A stretch of 64,000 nucleotides of DNA from Macrostomum lignano (GCA_002269645.1 NIVC01000347.1:186001-250000); one strand, 5' to 3'. Counted from the stretch's first letter, positions 1 to 11,530 are shown. The notes: generated by a model not told the origin, from the sequence alone. Numbers and translations: made by a program.

Positions 1-94
1 GCCGTATTGTTGCTTTTTGTGGGTCGCTGAATATTGGTTGCTTTACTGTAATATTTCAAATTTAATAGAGTTAGGATTAAGACTAAGATACCTC

Positions 95-960
95 TACAGT
101 GGACTCTCGGAATCTCAGAACAGTGGACTCTGAGAATGTTACAATAGTCGACTCTCAGCATCTCAATAGCGGACACTCAGAATCTCAATAGTAGATCATC
201 AGTATCTCAATAGTGGACTCCAGCATCTCAATAATGAACTCTCAGCATCTCAATAGTGGACTCTCAGCATCTGTATAGTAGACTCCCAGTATCTCAATAG
301 TAGACTCCCAGTATCTCAATAGTAGACTCCCAGCATCTCAATAGTAGACTCCCAGTATCTCAATAGTGGACTCTCAGCATCTCAATAGTAGACTCTCAGC
401 ATCTCAATAGTAGCCTCTCTGCATCTCAATAGTAGCCTCTCAGCATCTCAATAGTAGACTCTCAGCATCTCAATAGTAGCCTCTCTGCATCTCAATAGTG
501 AACTCTCAGCATCTCAATAGTGGACTATTAGCATCTCAATAGCGTACACTCAGCATCGCACAATAGTGGACTCTCAGAATCTCGAGAATAGACTCTCAGA
601 ATCTCACAACAGTAGACTATCAGAATCTCAACAGTGGACTCTAAGAATCTCAATACTGGACTCTTAGAATCTCAATAGTAGGTTCTCAGAATCTCAATAG
701 TGGAATCTCAGAATCTCACAAAAGTGGACTCTCAGAATCTCAATAATGGACTCTCAAAATCTCAATAGTGGACTCTTAAAATCTCAATAGTGGACTATTA
801 AAATGTCACAATATTGGACTCTCTAAATCTGACAATAGTGGACTCAGCATCTCAATAGTGGACTAAGAATCTCTCAATGGAGGACTTTCAGACTCACAAT
901 AGTGGACTCTCAGACTCTCAAAGTAATGGTCCCTCAGAATCTTACAAAAGTGAGTAGACT
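95..960 (+). repeat. ~22-bp minisatellite (CTCAGCATCTCAATAGTAGACT), probably intronic
   Basis: Degenerate tandem copies ending shortly before the acceptor at 1012. Confidence 0.9.
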
Positions 961-1012
961 AGGAATCGAACTCAGGACACTATTCGGGCCCCGCTCCCTC
1001 CTCACCGCGCAG

Positions 1013-2495
1013 GAGCACAGCGAAGTTCACCACCCGGACAAGACTGTGGTCATTCAAAAAGTGGAAGAATTATTTCTGAACTGCCGAACAGACAGCGACA
1101 ATGGCGATGATGAAGAGCAGCAACAAAAGCAAGAGGAAGCTGACAATGATGAAGAGGAGGCTGCAACAGGCGCCGATGGCACTGACTACAGCAGAGATGA
1201 GGAATTCTCAACAAAGTGGACAACTAACGCTGGCTCTGTCGGCGGTGGGAAGCGAGCCTGGGCTAGCGAGAAGAACACCAATAACCAGCAGATGAAGCAT
1301 CAGCAGCAGCAGTTCAGTCGCAAACGCCAATTCGGAGCCGCTGGCCAATCGTCAGCAGTCTCGCTGATGCAGCCGGGCTTCAACCGTCGCCCAATTGGTG
1401 GCCCGATGCAGCCGGTGCATTTGATGCAGAAACGATTGCGGCCGAACTGGAGCCAAGGTCAAGGAGTTCGGCAACAGCAGTTTGGCGGCGTGATGCAGCC
1501 GGATCTGGTTGTTCGAGATAAGGGCGATTACGTCATCAGCGTTAGCCGAGGCGGCTTAGAGGCTCGGCTTCGGTTCGATCCGGCATTCTATTCGTCTGAA
1601 GCTGCCAGCCAAACTTTTAATACTCTGGCCACTGAGCTGGCGTGGGAGCAGCTGAAAACTCGGCCCAAGCCAGGTGGCAAAAACGAATCCACTGAGCCAA
1701 GGATGACGTACTGGGTTGGGCCGAAATATTCCTACGGCTCGGTGCACCTGCCCGAGAATTCTAATTGGCATCCAGCGCTGATGCAGATTAAACAGGATGT
1801 TGAACGGGCGCTTGAGGGTAAAGTGACGTTTAACGCCTGCTTGGCAATTCTGTACAGGTGAGTAGGATACTGGATAGCTAACTACATCGTCTCTGAACCA
1901 GCGCTGATAATCCCCTATAAACACCCCCAAAACACGTAAACTCGTTAATCCCTGATAAACCCCCGCAAAACTCGCTTGTCCCAGATAAACACCATAAAAC
2001 TCTCTAATCCGAGGTAAACACCTCCAAAACTCGCTAGTCCCTGATAAACAGCAGAAACTCGCTAATCCCAGATAAACACCCCCAAAATTCGCTAGTCTCT
2101 GATAAACACCCTGATAAACACACCTCAGAGACCACAACGACTCGATGCCGTGGCACTCCGACAACGAACGCGAGATGGGTTCGAATCCGGCCATCGCCAG
2201 CGTCAGTTTCGGCGCCAGTCGACTCTTTGAGTTGCGCCGTTTCGACGTCGCTCAGCAGGGCTTCGGCGGTGGCGGCGGCGGCATCGGCGGAGTGGTCTTC
2301 GGCCAACAGATTCAAGGATTCCGCTCCGTCCACGTGCCCCTGTCTGCCGGCTCTCTGCTGTACACCTGCGGCTCCATCCAGAAGGACTGGCAGCACAGGA
2401 TCGGCCGGCAGTCCGCCAGTTGCGGACCCAGGATTAATCTCACTTTCCGCACCATTGTGACCGGTTCGGGCGGTTCGAAACGGACTGGGAAATGA
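1013..2495 (+). CDS. ALKBH3: AlkB homolog 3-like Fe(II)/2-oxoglutarate dioxygenase, 5'-partial; join(1013..1857,2129..2495)
   Basis: Donor AG|GTGAGT at 1858 and acceptor CTCAG| at 2128 join in frame to LYRDHNDSMPWHSDNE. HxD (WHSD), distal His (WQHRI) and RINLTFR are present. The ALKBH3-type N-terminal segment VVRDKGDYVISVSRGG..LRFDPAF and PRMTYWVG..YSYG are also seen. An in-frame acceptor lies at 1011-1012. Confidence 0.9.
1895..2125 (+). repeat. Degenerate ~30-bp tandem repeat filling the ALKBH3 intron
   Basis: Recurrent AAACTCGCTA.TCCC.GATAAACACC. Confidence 0.75.
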
Positions 2496-2604
2496 ACTGG
2501 CCGATTGTTGTCTGTCTGGGATGCAAAGCGAGAGAACTGGCGCGATGATAGAGTGGGTGGGGGTGTTGCTGACAGGCGTGATTCTATCAAAATGACAGCG
2601 AGCG

Positions 2605-3320
2605 GCTGGGCCAGCCTCCCAAATCCTCAGTTGCTGAGCCAGCCTCCTAAATCATCGCGCAGTTCCTGTGCCAGCCTCCCAGATCCTCAGTTGCTAAGCC
2701 AGCCTCCAAGATCCTCAGTTGCTGCGCCAGCCTCCCAGATCCTCAGTTGCTAAGCCAGCCTCCCAGATCCTCAGTTGCTGCGCCAGCCTCCCAGATCCTC
2801 AGTTGCTAAGCCAGCCTCCCAGATCCTCAGTTGCTGTGCCAGCCTCCCAAATCCTCAGTTGCTGGGCCAGCCTCCCAGATCCTCAGTTGCTAAGTCAGCC
2901 TCCCAGATCCTCAGTTGCTGGGCCAGCCTCCCAGATCCTCAGTTGCTAAGCCAGCCTCCCAAATCCTCAGTTGCTAAGCCAGCCTTCCAGATCCTCAGTT
3001 GCTGTGCCAGCCTCCCAGATCCTCAGTTGCTGGGCCAGCCTCCCAAATCCTCAGTTGCTCGGCCAGCCTCCCAGATCCTCAGTTGCTAAGTCAGCCTCCC
3101 AGATCCTCAGTTGCTGGGCCAGCCTCCCAGAGTGTCAGTTGCTGTGCCAGCCTCCCAGATCCTCAGTTGCTGGGCCAGCCTCCCAAATCCTCAGTTGCTG
3201 GGCCAGCCTCCCAGATCCTCAGTTGCTAAGCCAGCCTCCCAAATCCTCAGTTGCTAAGCCAGCCTTCCAGATCCTCAGTTGCTAAGCCAGCCTCCCAGAT
3301 CCTCAGTTGCTAGGCCGCTG
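2605..3320 (+). repeat. 28-bp minisatellite (GCCAGCCTCCCAGATCCTCAGTTGCTGG), array 1
   Basis: ~25 tandem units starting ~110 nt after the ALKBH3 stop. Confidence 0.95.
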
Positions 3321-4618
3321 CAACCATTGATTTTTTTGTTTTTAAAAAGACACGCATCAGTTTTCCTGCGTTGCTTCATTCGCTCTCTTTATGTCTATGT
3401 GGTTCTACTAAGAGTAGTTTACAGTGTATACTCGTAAAAGAAAATCAACAAAATATTTTTGCTAGTTACCTTTTTGGGTAGGAATGCAAAAGAACGAAAT
3501 GTTTAGTCCTGTAAGTCCGACAAGTGTTCATGCTGATTCAATGTCTTGAAATTGAGCAACACATCCTGAGAAAAGCATTCTATACATGTAGGTTTTCGAT
3601 GTTGTAAAGATCAGAGAAAGAAGGAAATCGCCAGTCGCTCTTAGGCTTGACTTCTGTCCACTGCACGCTTGTTCTCTAAAATAGGACTTTTTCGATTGAC
3701 AACATCTCGTCTTAGTCTTAAAATCCCTTGCAGAAAAATCTTATAAAATTCAATTTCTGCTGCTACAAGTAGTATGATTTGCTTTGTTGTTTAAATTTCT
3801 CTTTCCACGCTTAAATGCGTAGAAAATCCTGTGCTCTCTCGTCTTTAGAAATGCAAAAGTGCTTCAAGTCTTGTCTTGTCGCTTCTGCTGGCCACTCGAA
3901 TTTCTCTGTCTCTGGCAATTTGTCGCAATTTTCTAGTCTAGATTGAAAGACTGGAAAACTGGCTTCAAGGCCGAGCCGATCTGCTTTTTTGGAGAAGATT
4001 GAGAAGAGATTTTTACCAGAGGAAATTTTTTTCCACGGTAATTGCCAGCGCAGCCCAGTCTGTGCGCAAATCCAGGTACTCCCGATAATAATGATGAAGA
4101 AGAAGGAAGGATTCTGCAAGAGTAAAAGTTCCAACAAATTGCCTTCAATTTCCTGAAGCGCACACTCGAGCGCTTCAATTGACTGGGAGGGGGGAATTTC
4201 TTGTTCTAATAATTCTGCCGCATTTGCCTTGTATGTCTTTAAGCACTGTTTAATAAGCATGAGTTTTCTATTGTCATAAAATCAATCACGATATGTAGCA
4301 GTTTTTTTAATACCTGCATATTGTCATAACCTTGTGTGTCATTTTTATTGTAACATTTTACTCTATTATGTTTGTTATGAATCGTAATATTGTCTGCTAC
4401 TCTGTCTCAGTGGACAGTTATGCCTGACTTTGTTCAGCTCGGCCAGCGGGTTTTGTTAGAATAAAAATGCAGGTGTTTTTTGTAAACATGAAATTCTGTA
4501 ATTGATTTTTGTGAAGCTGCCTTTAATCTTCTGGTCTGATTTCTTTTATCTGAGCGATTGTGTGTTCAATAGACTGCAGAATAATTTCCGTAACTCCATC
4601 GGCACTCTGTATACACTC

Positions 4619-5230
4619 CCAGTTGCTGTGCCATCCTCCCAGATCCTCATGCAGTTGCTGGGCCAGCCTCCCAGATCCTCAGTTGCTGGGCCAGCCTCCC
4701 AGATCCTCAGTTGCTGGGCCAGCCTCCCAGATCCTCAGTTGCTGGGCCAGCCTCCCAGATCCTCAGTTGCTGGGCCAGCCTCCCAGATCCTCAGTTGCTG
4801 GGCCAGCCTCCCAGATCCTCAGTTGCTGGTCAGCCGCCTCCCAGATCCTCAGCTGCTGGGTCAGCCTCCCAGATCCTCCTTTGCTGGGCCAGCCTCCCAG
4901 ATCCTCAGTTGCTGGGTCAGCCGCCTCCCAGATCCTCATTTGCTGGGCCAGCCTCCCAGATTCTCAGTTTCTGGGCCAGCCTCCCAGATCCTCAGTTGCT
5001 GCTCCAGCCTACCAGATCCTCAGTTGCTGGGCCAGCCTCCCAGATCCTCAGTTGCTAAGCCAGCCTCCCAGATCCTCAGTTGCTAAGCCAGCCTCCCAGA
5101 TCCTCAGTTGCTGGGCCAGCCTCCCAGATCCTCAGTTGCTAAGCCAGCCTCCCAGATCCTCAGTTGCTGGGCCAGCCTCCCAGATCCTCAGTTGCTGGGC
5201 CAGCCTCCCAGATCCTCAGTTGCTGGGCCA
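4619..5230 (+). repeat. 28-bp minisatellite, array 2
   Basis: Same unit, with diagnostic variants. Confidence 0.95.
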
Positions 5231-5879
5231 ATGCCACCCTACTAGGTCCTCAATCTCATCTTTGACCTTTTCCTCTCTTTGGCATCTCTACTGTCTCACT
5301 CGCACGCATCTATTCTTCATCAATTCTAGCGAGTATTCGGGGTGCAGTCAAGTGCAGTGTGGGTTCCGTATTTGCCGCCATAATAAAAGACTTTCGACTA
5401 TAGAACCGGAAGATTGAATATTGCTAGTTATACGCTCGTAGTTCATATGCTTTATTTTAATTATTATGCAGTGAACTATTTGCCATCATATATTAGTTAA
5501 TACTACCAGGCTTTGATCCCCGATCTTCCTCTGTCTCGGCTTCTCCCCGCGCGATTTCTAGCTCGGCTCATCGGTTCGGTCCCGGGTTTTCCCATCTGGA
5601 TTCTAGTGGAGCGATGGGATATATGCTTCCTAATCCCCCATCAGGGCTGCAATCAGGCGTAGAGCCGTGCCCAGTTGCTTGGGCCAATTGGATTTTCCTC
5701 AGAGATTCCAGTCGCATGGGTTGCTAGTTGAATCGGGTCCTGGGGATGGCTTTTAACCTTTTTTAGAACAATTTCGCCACCTCTTCTGGCTTGAATTTTC
5801 GACGTTATCGCCTCATCATCAGCGTGTGGTACATTGTGTACTTTTATGTTATAAGCACTGCATGGACATCCTAGTTTGT

Positions 5880-6560
5880 CACCATCGGGTCTTTGGCATC
5901 TTACTTTGTCGCCATTGGGTCTTTGGCGCCATTGGATCTTACTGTGTCGCCATTGTGTCTTTGGCGCCATTGGATCTTACTTTGTCGCCATTGGGTCTTT
6001 GGCGCCATTGGATCTTACTTTGTCGCCATTGTGTCTTTGGCGCCATTGGATCTTACTTTGTCGCCATTGTGTCTTTGGCGCCATTGGATCTTACTTTGTC
6101 GCCATTGTGTCTTTGGCGCCATTGGATCTTACTTTGTCGCCATTGTGTCTTTAGCGCCATCGGATCTTACTTTGTCGCCATTGGGTCTTTAGCGCCATTG
6201 GATCTTACTTTGTCGCCATTGTGTCTTTGGCGCCATTGGATCTTACTTTGTCGCCATTGGGTCTTTGGCGCCATTGGATCTTACTTTGTCGCCATTGTGT
6301 CTTTGGCGCCATTGGATCTTACTTTGTCGCCATTGTGTCTTTGGCGCCATTGGATCTTACTTTGTCGCTATTGTGTCTTTAGCGCCATTGGATCTTACTT
6401 TGTCGCCATTGTGTCTTTGGCGCCATTGGATCTTACTTTGTCGCCATTGTGTCTTTGGCGCCACTAGATCTTAATTCGTCTCCATTGTGTCTTTGGCTCA
6501 ATTGGATCTTACTTTGTCGCCTTTGTGTCTTTGGCGCCATTCGATCTCAATATGTCGCCA
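5880..6560 (+). repeat. 38-bp minisatellite (TTGGATCTTACTTTGTCGCCATTGTGTCTTTGGCGCCA)
   Basis: ~17 tandem units. Confidence 0.95.
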
Positions 6561-7349
6561 TCAGGTCTTGTTTTGGCGCCTTGAATATACGTAAATGAAT
6601 ATAGTGTCAAAAGCAGATTCTCGTACAGTGCACAGCTGTATGACTGCAAAGGCTGCACGGAGCGATAAAAATGAAGTTAATTTCTAAGGGTTAGAGTTGG
6701 CGCCATTTTCAGCAGTTCTCAGAATAATGCACGTAAAACAACGATTTAGTCACGATCTGTCTCGATTACTGCGGTGGCCATATAGTGAACCAGTGCATGG
6801 TATTGATGGTGTACTTTTATTTTAGATTTAGTTTTGACAATCTACCGGTCGTTTGCGTCTCTTCGGCTTCTGGAAAAAATAAATTCGACATTTAAAAAGA
6901 AAAGAAAATGTCTCTGCAAGGTCGCGCAGACAGAATGCAGTGCACGCGCAATTCAGAAAACCAAGCTTGCAAGATAAAAAATAATGAATTGAAGCAACTG
7001 TTTGTTAAAAAAGAAGAGGTTCTGAAACAAAAACTAAAAAACATCCAGTCGGTGTTTCCTTGAAAGATCGAGCTAAGCCGGTCGAATTAGCGAAAATGAT
7101 CAGCTGTCTGCCACCGTGGCCTCGCCGCCTTACGTGACAGAAATAGTCGCTAAGATGATTGCAAACGCGCGTTGATGTGACTTGGAGATGAATGCGATGC
7201 AAAGTAGACAGGACAGCAGGGAAACTGCGTGTCTGTCTGCTGCAGCGGTGGCCCCTCAGTTTCCAGCTTACTGCAGCAAGGTCAAATGGGTTCAGTTCGC
7301 TTTTTAATTGGCTGTGGTTATTAGGCCTTGCATGCAGCTTACCTGCATC

Positions 7350-7917
7350 TGGTGGCCCGGCAACTGAGGAGCTGAGGCTGGCCCAGCAACTGAGGATCTG
7401 GTAGGCTGGAGCAGCAACTGAGGATTTGGGAGGCTGGCTCAGCAAATGAGGATCTGGGAGGCGGCTGACCCAGCAACTGAGGATCTGGGAGGCTGGCCCA
7501 GCAAAGGAGGATCTGGGAGGCTGACCCAGCAACTGAGGATCTGGGAGGCTGGCTCAGCAACTGAGGATCTGGGAGGCTGGCCCAGCAACTGAGGATCTGG
7601 GAGGCTGGCTCAGCAACTGAGGATCTGGGAGGCTGGCCCAGCAACTGAGGATCTGGGAGGCTGGCCCAGCAACTGAGGATCTGGGAGGCTGGCGCAGCAA
7701 CTGAGGATCTGGGAGGCTGGCTTAGCAACTGAGGATCTGGGAGGCGGCTGACCAGCAACTGAGGATCTGGGAGGCTGGCCCAGCAACTGAGGATCTGGGA
7801 GGCGGCTGACCAGCAACTGAGGATCTGGGAGGCTGGCCCAGCAACTGAGGATCTGGGAGGCTGGCCCAGCAACTGAGGATCTGGGAGGCTGGCCCAGCAA
7901 CTGAGGATCTGGGAGGC
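7350..7917 (-). repeat. 28-bp minisatellite, array 3 (inverted relative to array 2)
   Basis: Reverse-complement units. 7441-7530 is the exact reverse complement of 4855-4944. Confidence 0.95.
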
Positions 7918-8275
7918 TTGCAGTGGCAGTCATGTCTGACAAAGAAGTGCTTGAGTTTCCAGAGCCACGTTCAGTGCACGCCTAATAATCGGAGAGTATA
8001 AAGGACTCCCAATTTAATATCGGTTAATATCGAATTTTTTAAAAGAAAACATATCTAATATTGAGGCTTTGCACTTGATCGAAATCAGAGACGATATGCG
8101 GTTTGAAGCAAATGAGAACAGATGAACGGCATTCAAAAGTGGAAACGATGCTTGACTTCACTACGATCCCCAGAGATTGGGTCATTTGACGAGATGCCCA
8201 CTAAATGCTCGTATAATCATTAGAATTCTATCTTAGTAAGTGAAACTTATTGTAAAATCGGACTGTGTACAGTAG

Positions 8276-8900
8276 CTGCGCCAGGGTGCGCGTCCTGGCC
8301 CCAGATCCTCTTCCTACTCGACATCAATGACATCAACAACATGAATATAGTAATTGAGACGAGGTTGCCCTCTTGGCACAGCACACGGACAAGGCCAACG
8401 CTGCCCGCAAGCTTCAAAACGCCGTGTCGGCGGTCGCCGACTGGAGAAACTCCCGCAAGATGCTGCTAAAAATCGAAGTGGCTTCTTCTCCATCGCGAGT
8501 CAGGAAGCTGCCTTGCAACCGTCTGTTGTCATAGATAATTGCCGAATGCCCTTCAACGCTAATCTGTCTGGACCGCGTCCTGTCTTTCTCCAGACATGTG
8601 ACGACGGAGGTCACCCGCCGGGTTCTAGGCCGCAATCGCATGCTTCTCCGTGCACGCGGAAGTGGGCTTCTCTACCTATACCGCACCACGAGCAACCGCC
8701 CGATCGTCACCAGCCTCGAGCGCGCGCCCTTCGCCAGCCGGTCATCCACCCGGCGAGTCTGGCCGCCCTAGGAACCACGCCTCATCGCATTGTGCGTTCT
8801 AGCTGGCGTCACTCCGCGTTTACAAGTTTCTGCCGTCGCTCCCGGGAACCCTGGCCCCTCGCTCGCGCACCTTTCAACCGCTTGAACCTGCCCCCCCCCC
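8276..8900 (+). mobile_element. Decayed non-LTR retrotransposon reverse transcriptase fragment (I/ingi-like)
   Basis: Frameshifted RT motifs: RQG-VLAP-ILFLLDINDI, DEVALLAQH..LQNAVSAVADW..KMLL, LDRVLSFSRHV. Clade assignment is tentative. Confidence 0.65.
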
Positions 8901-9409
8901 GTCTGGACATGTCTGGACACCCGGAGATTCTGCACCAGGAGAGCTGGCGGGGGCACAGATCTCTGTGTTTGGGTTTCTGTTCTCCAGAGTCAAAGATCTC
9001 CGGCCCGGAGATCCAACACGGAAAATTACGGGATTTTACGATCGCCTGCACGGATATCAGCAACCACGAAATAAGATAAGGTTAGAGATCGCCGCATCCT
9101 AGACTCTTCGGAGTGTTTTATCTTAGAAGCTTACTTCTAGCGCAGCTTAAAAGCTTATCTATCTAATAGCACATAGTACATTCCCATGCCTTGTATGCTC
9201 ATACAGCCATCAATCAAGTAGGGCTAAATTTAGGGTTGCATGGTCAGACTTGTGCATCATTTTTCGTCTCTCTGTACACAAGTCGAATGATTCGCACGCG
9301 ACAGTCAAGTCAATTTGCGATTTTCTTACTTTGAATTGGAGGGAATCTCCTGTTTTTTATTGGAACTGTATGCGGAATTATGGATTGACAACGGTTCACC
9401 TACCTCGGC

Positions 9410-9680
9410 GGTCTGGTGCCCCGTATGGAGGAGGGCCTCCGGCGTCGCGCAGAGGACTTGACTGGGCGGCCTTCCATTCGATCCGGGCCGTCCTCCAGTC
9501 CGAAGCGCTGCCCCGCCAGAGGGCTCGGCTGTGGCAGGCGGTGGTCGAAACCGTCCTGCTCTACAACGCCGAGACGTGGACGCTGACGGCTGTGCTGGAG
9601 CGGCAGTTGGACTCAGGGTTGCTCCGTGCGGCCTTTCGACCTGACGAGAGCGTCGGGACCGAGGCCCTGTACGATCGAGT
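9410..9680 (+). mobile_element. LINE (RTE-like) fragment, region C-terminal to RT
   Basis: WAAFHSIRAVL...LWQAVVETVLLYNAETWTLTAVLERQLD resembles the LLYGxETWTL post-RT motif. Confidence 0.65.
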
Positions 9681-10439
9681 TATTTTTCCCTGATCTGATG
9701 CATGACGGCCGCGAAATGTACCAGCTACAGTGAAGAACTTTATTTTCTCATGTGGAAAATGTCAATTCAAATGAACAAAGTTATTGACGTTTTTAGCGAT
9801 TTTTACCAACCATTTACATGTATGCTTCAATGAACATTGTTAAATTGTTAGGAGAAGTTAACTATACACAATAAAAAGATAATAATTTTCAACTTAATAA
9901 AACAAAATTAAAACTTGGTTTTTGCACTAGTGACGGAGATCTCCGAGGCGACAACAGATCGGGTTTAGGATCTCGGGATCTCGGAGACCCATAGCCGTTT
10001 GTAGTCTCCGAAAGTGATCTTAAACCCTTTAAAGTCTCCGATCGGCGATCCAAAACTGGCCTGAGCGTCGGAGATTCCATAAACCATAACACCGGTGAGT
10101 TCAGTCAAGGTCACGCCATAAACTCACTTCAACCTGCATTGCAGTATCTACACTATCGTCAATTTAGTCTCTTGGCAGAGCAGCATGAATTTTATACATA
10201 AATACATAAATGTTATTATATCCTTATGCTCACCTGGTTTACTTCCGTGTCGCCGTGGTCGTATAATGAGAGTGCAATCTAGCAGATCAGGGTGCGTAAG
10301 CTTATTAGTTCCCTATCTAAATTAGTCAACCTAATTCGCGCGTTTGATCTTGCCGCCAAATCCAACTGGAAACAGACTGTTAAACATTTACGACATCCCT
10401 GCGAACGAAATTATGTTTATGTATTAGGTTCAATCACAA

Positions 10440-11530
10440 ATTATGCGGAATTTTTGCAGTAAGCAGATTTGCAACCTGATCTATGATTGCAATCTTAGAA
10501 TCAACCGGAAGTAGATTTGAAACCTGATCTATAATTGCAATCTTAGAATCAACCGGAAGCAGATTTGAAACCTGATCTATAATTGCAATCTTAGAATCAA
10601 CCGGAAGCACATTTGCAACCTGATCTATAATTGCAATCTTAGAATCAACCGGAAGTAGATTTGAAACCTGATCTATAATTGCAATCTTAGAATCAACCGG
10701 AAGTAGATTTGAAACCTGATCTATAATTGCAATCTTAGAATCAACCGGAAGTAGATTTGAAACCTGATCTATAATTGCAATCTTAGAATCAACCGGAAGC
10801 ACATTTGCAAACTGATTTATAATTGCAATCTTAGAATCAACCGGAAGCAGATTTGCAACCTGATCTATAATTGTAATCTTAGAATCAACCGGAAGCAGAT
10901 TTGCAACCTGATCTATGATTGCAATCTTAGAATCAACCGGAAGCACATTTGCAACCTGATCTATGATTGCAATCTTAGAATCAACCGGAAGCAGATTTGC
11001 AACCTGATCTATAATTGCAATCTTAGAATCAACCGGAAGCAGATTTGCAACCTGATCTATGATTGCAATCTTAGAATCAACCGGAAGCACATTTGCAACC
11101 TGATCTATAATTGCAATCTTAGAATCAACCGGAAGCAGATTTGCAACCTGATCTATGATTGCAATCTTAGAATCAACCGGAAGCAGATTTGCAACCTGAT
11201 CTATAATTGCAATCTTAGAATCAACCGGAAGCAGATTTGCAACCTGATCTATAATTGCAATCTTAGAATCAACCGGAAACAGATTTGCAACCTGATCTAT
11301 AATTGCAATCTTAGAATCAACCGGAAGCAGATTTGCAACCTGATCTATAACTGCAATCTTAGAATCAACCGGAAGCAGATTTGCAACCTGATCTATAATT
11401 GCAATCTTAGAATCAACCGGAAGCAGATTTGCAACCTGATCTATAATTGCAATCTTAGAATCAACCGGAAGCAGATTTGCAACCTGATCTATACTGCAAT
11501 TTTAGAATCAACCGGAAGCAGATTTGCAAC
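10440..11530 (+). repeat. 48-bp minisatellite (TTGCAACCTGATCTATAATTGCAATCTTAGAATCAACCGGAAGCAGAT)
   Basis: ~22 highly similar units. Confidence 0.95.

Noticed and set aside
902-1012. ORF-track start (GTG at 902) for the ALKBH3-like protein
   Set aside because: It lies in the 22-bp minisatellite and upstream of a good in-frame acceptor at 1012, so it is probably intronic.
1028-1045. HPDK motif suggesting a J-domain
   Set aside because: The flanking helices do not fit a J-domain pattern; four residues are not enough.
2168-2182. GGTTCGAATCC, a tRNA T-loop/B-box lookalike
   Set aside because: It encodes MGSNP inside ALKBH3 exon 2, and there is no cloverleaf or A-box.
10440-11530. CRISPR-like array (also considered for other regular arrays)
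   Set aside because: Units are contiguous with no unique spacers, there are no cas genes, and the context is eukaryotic.
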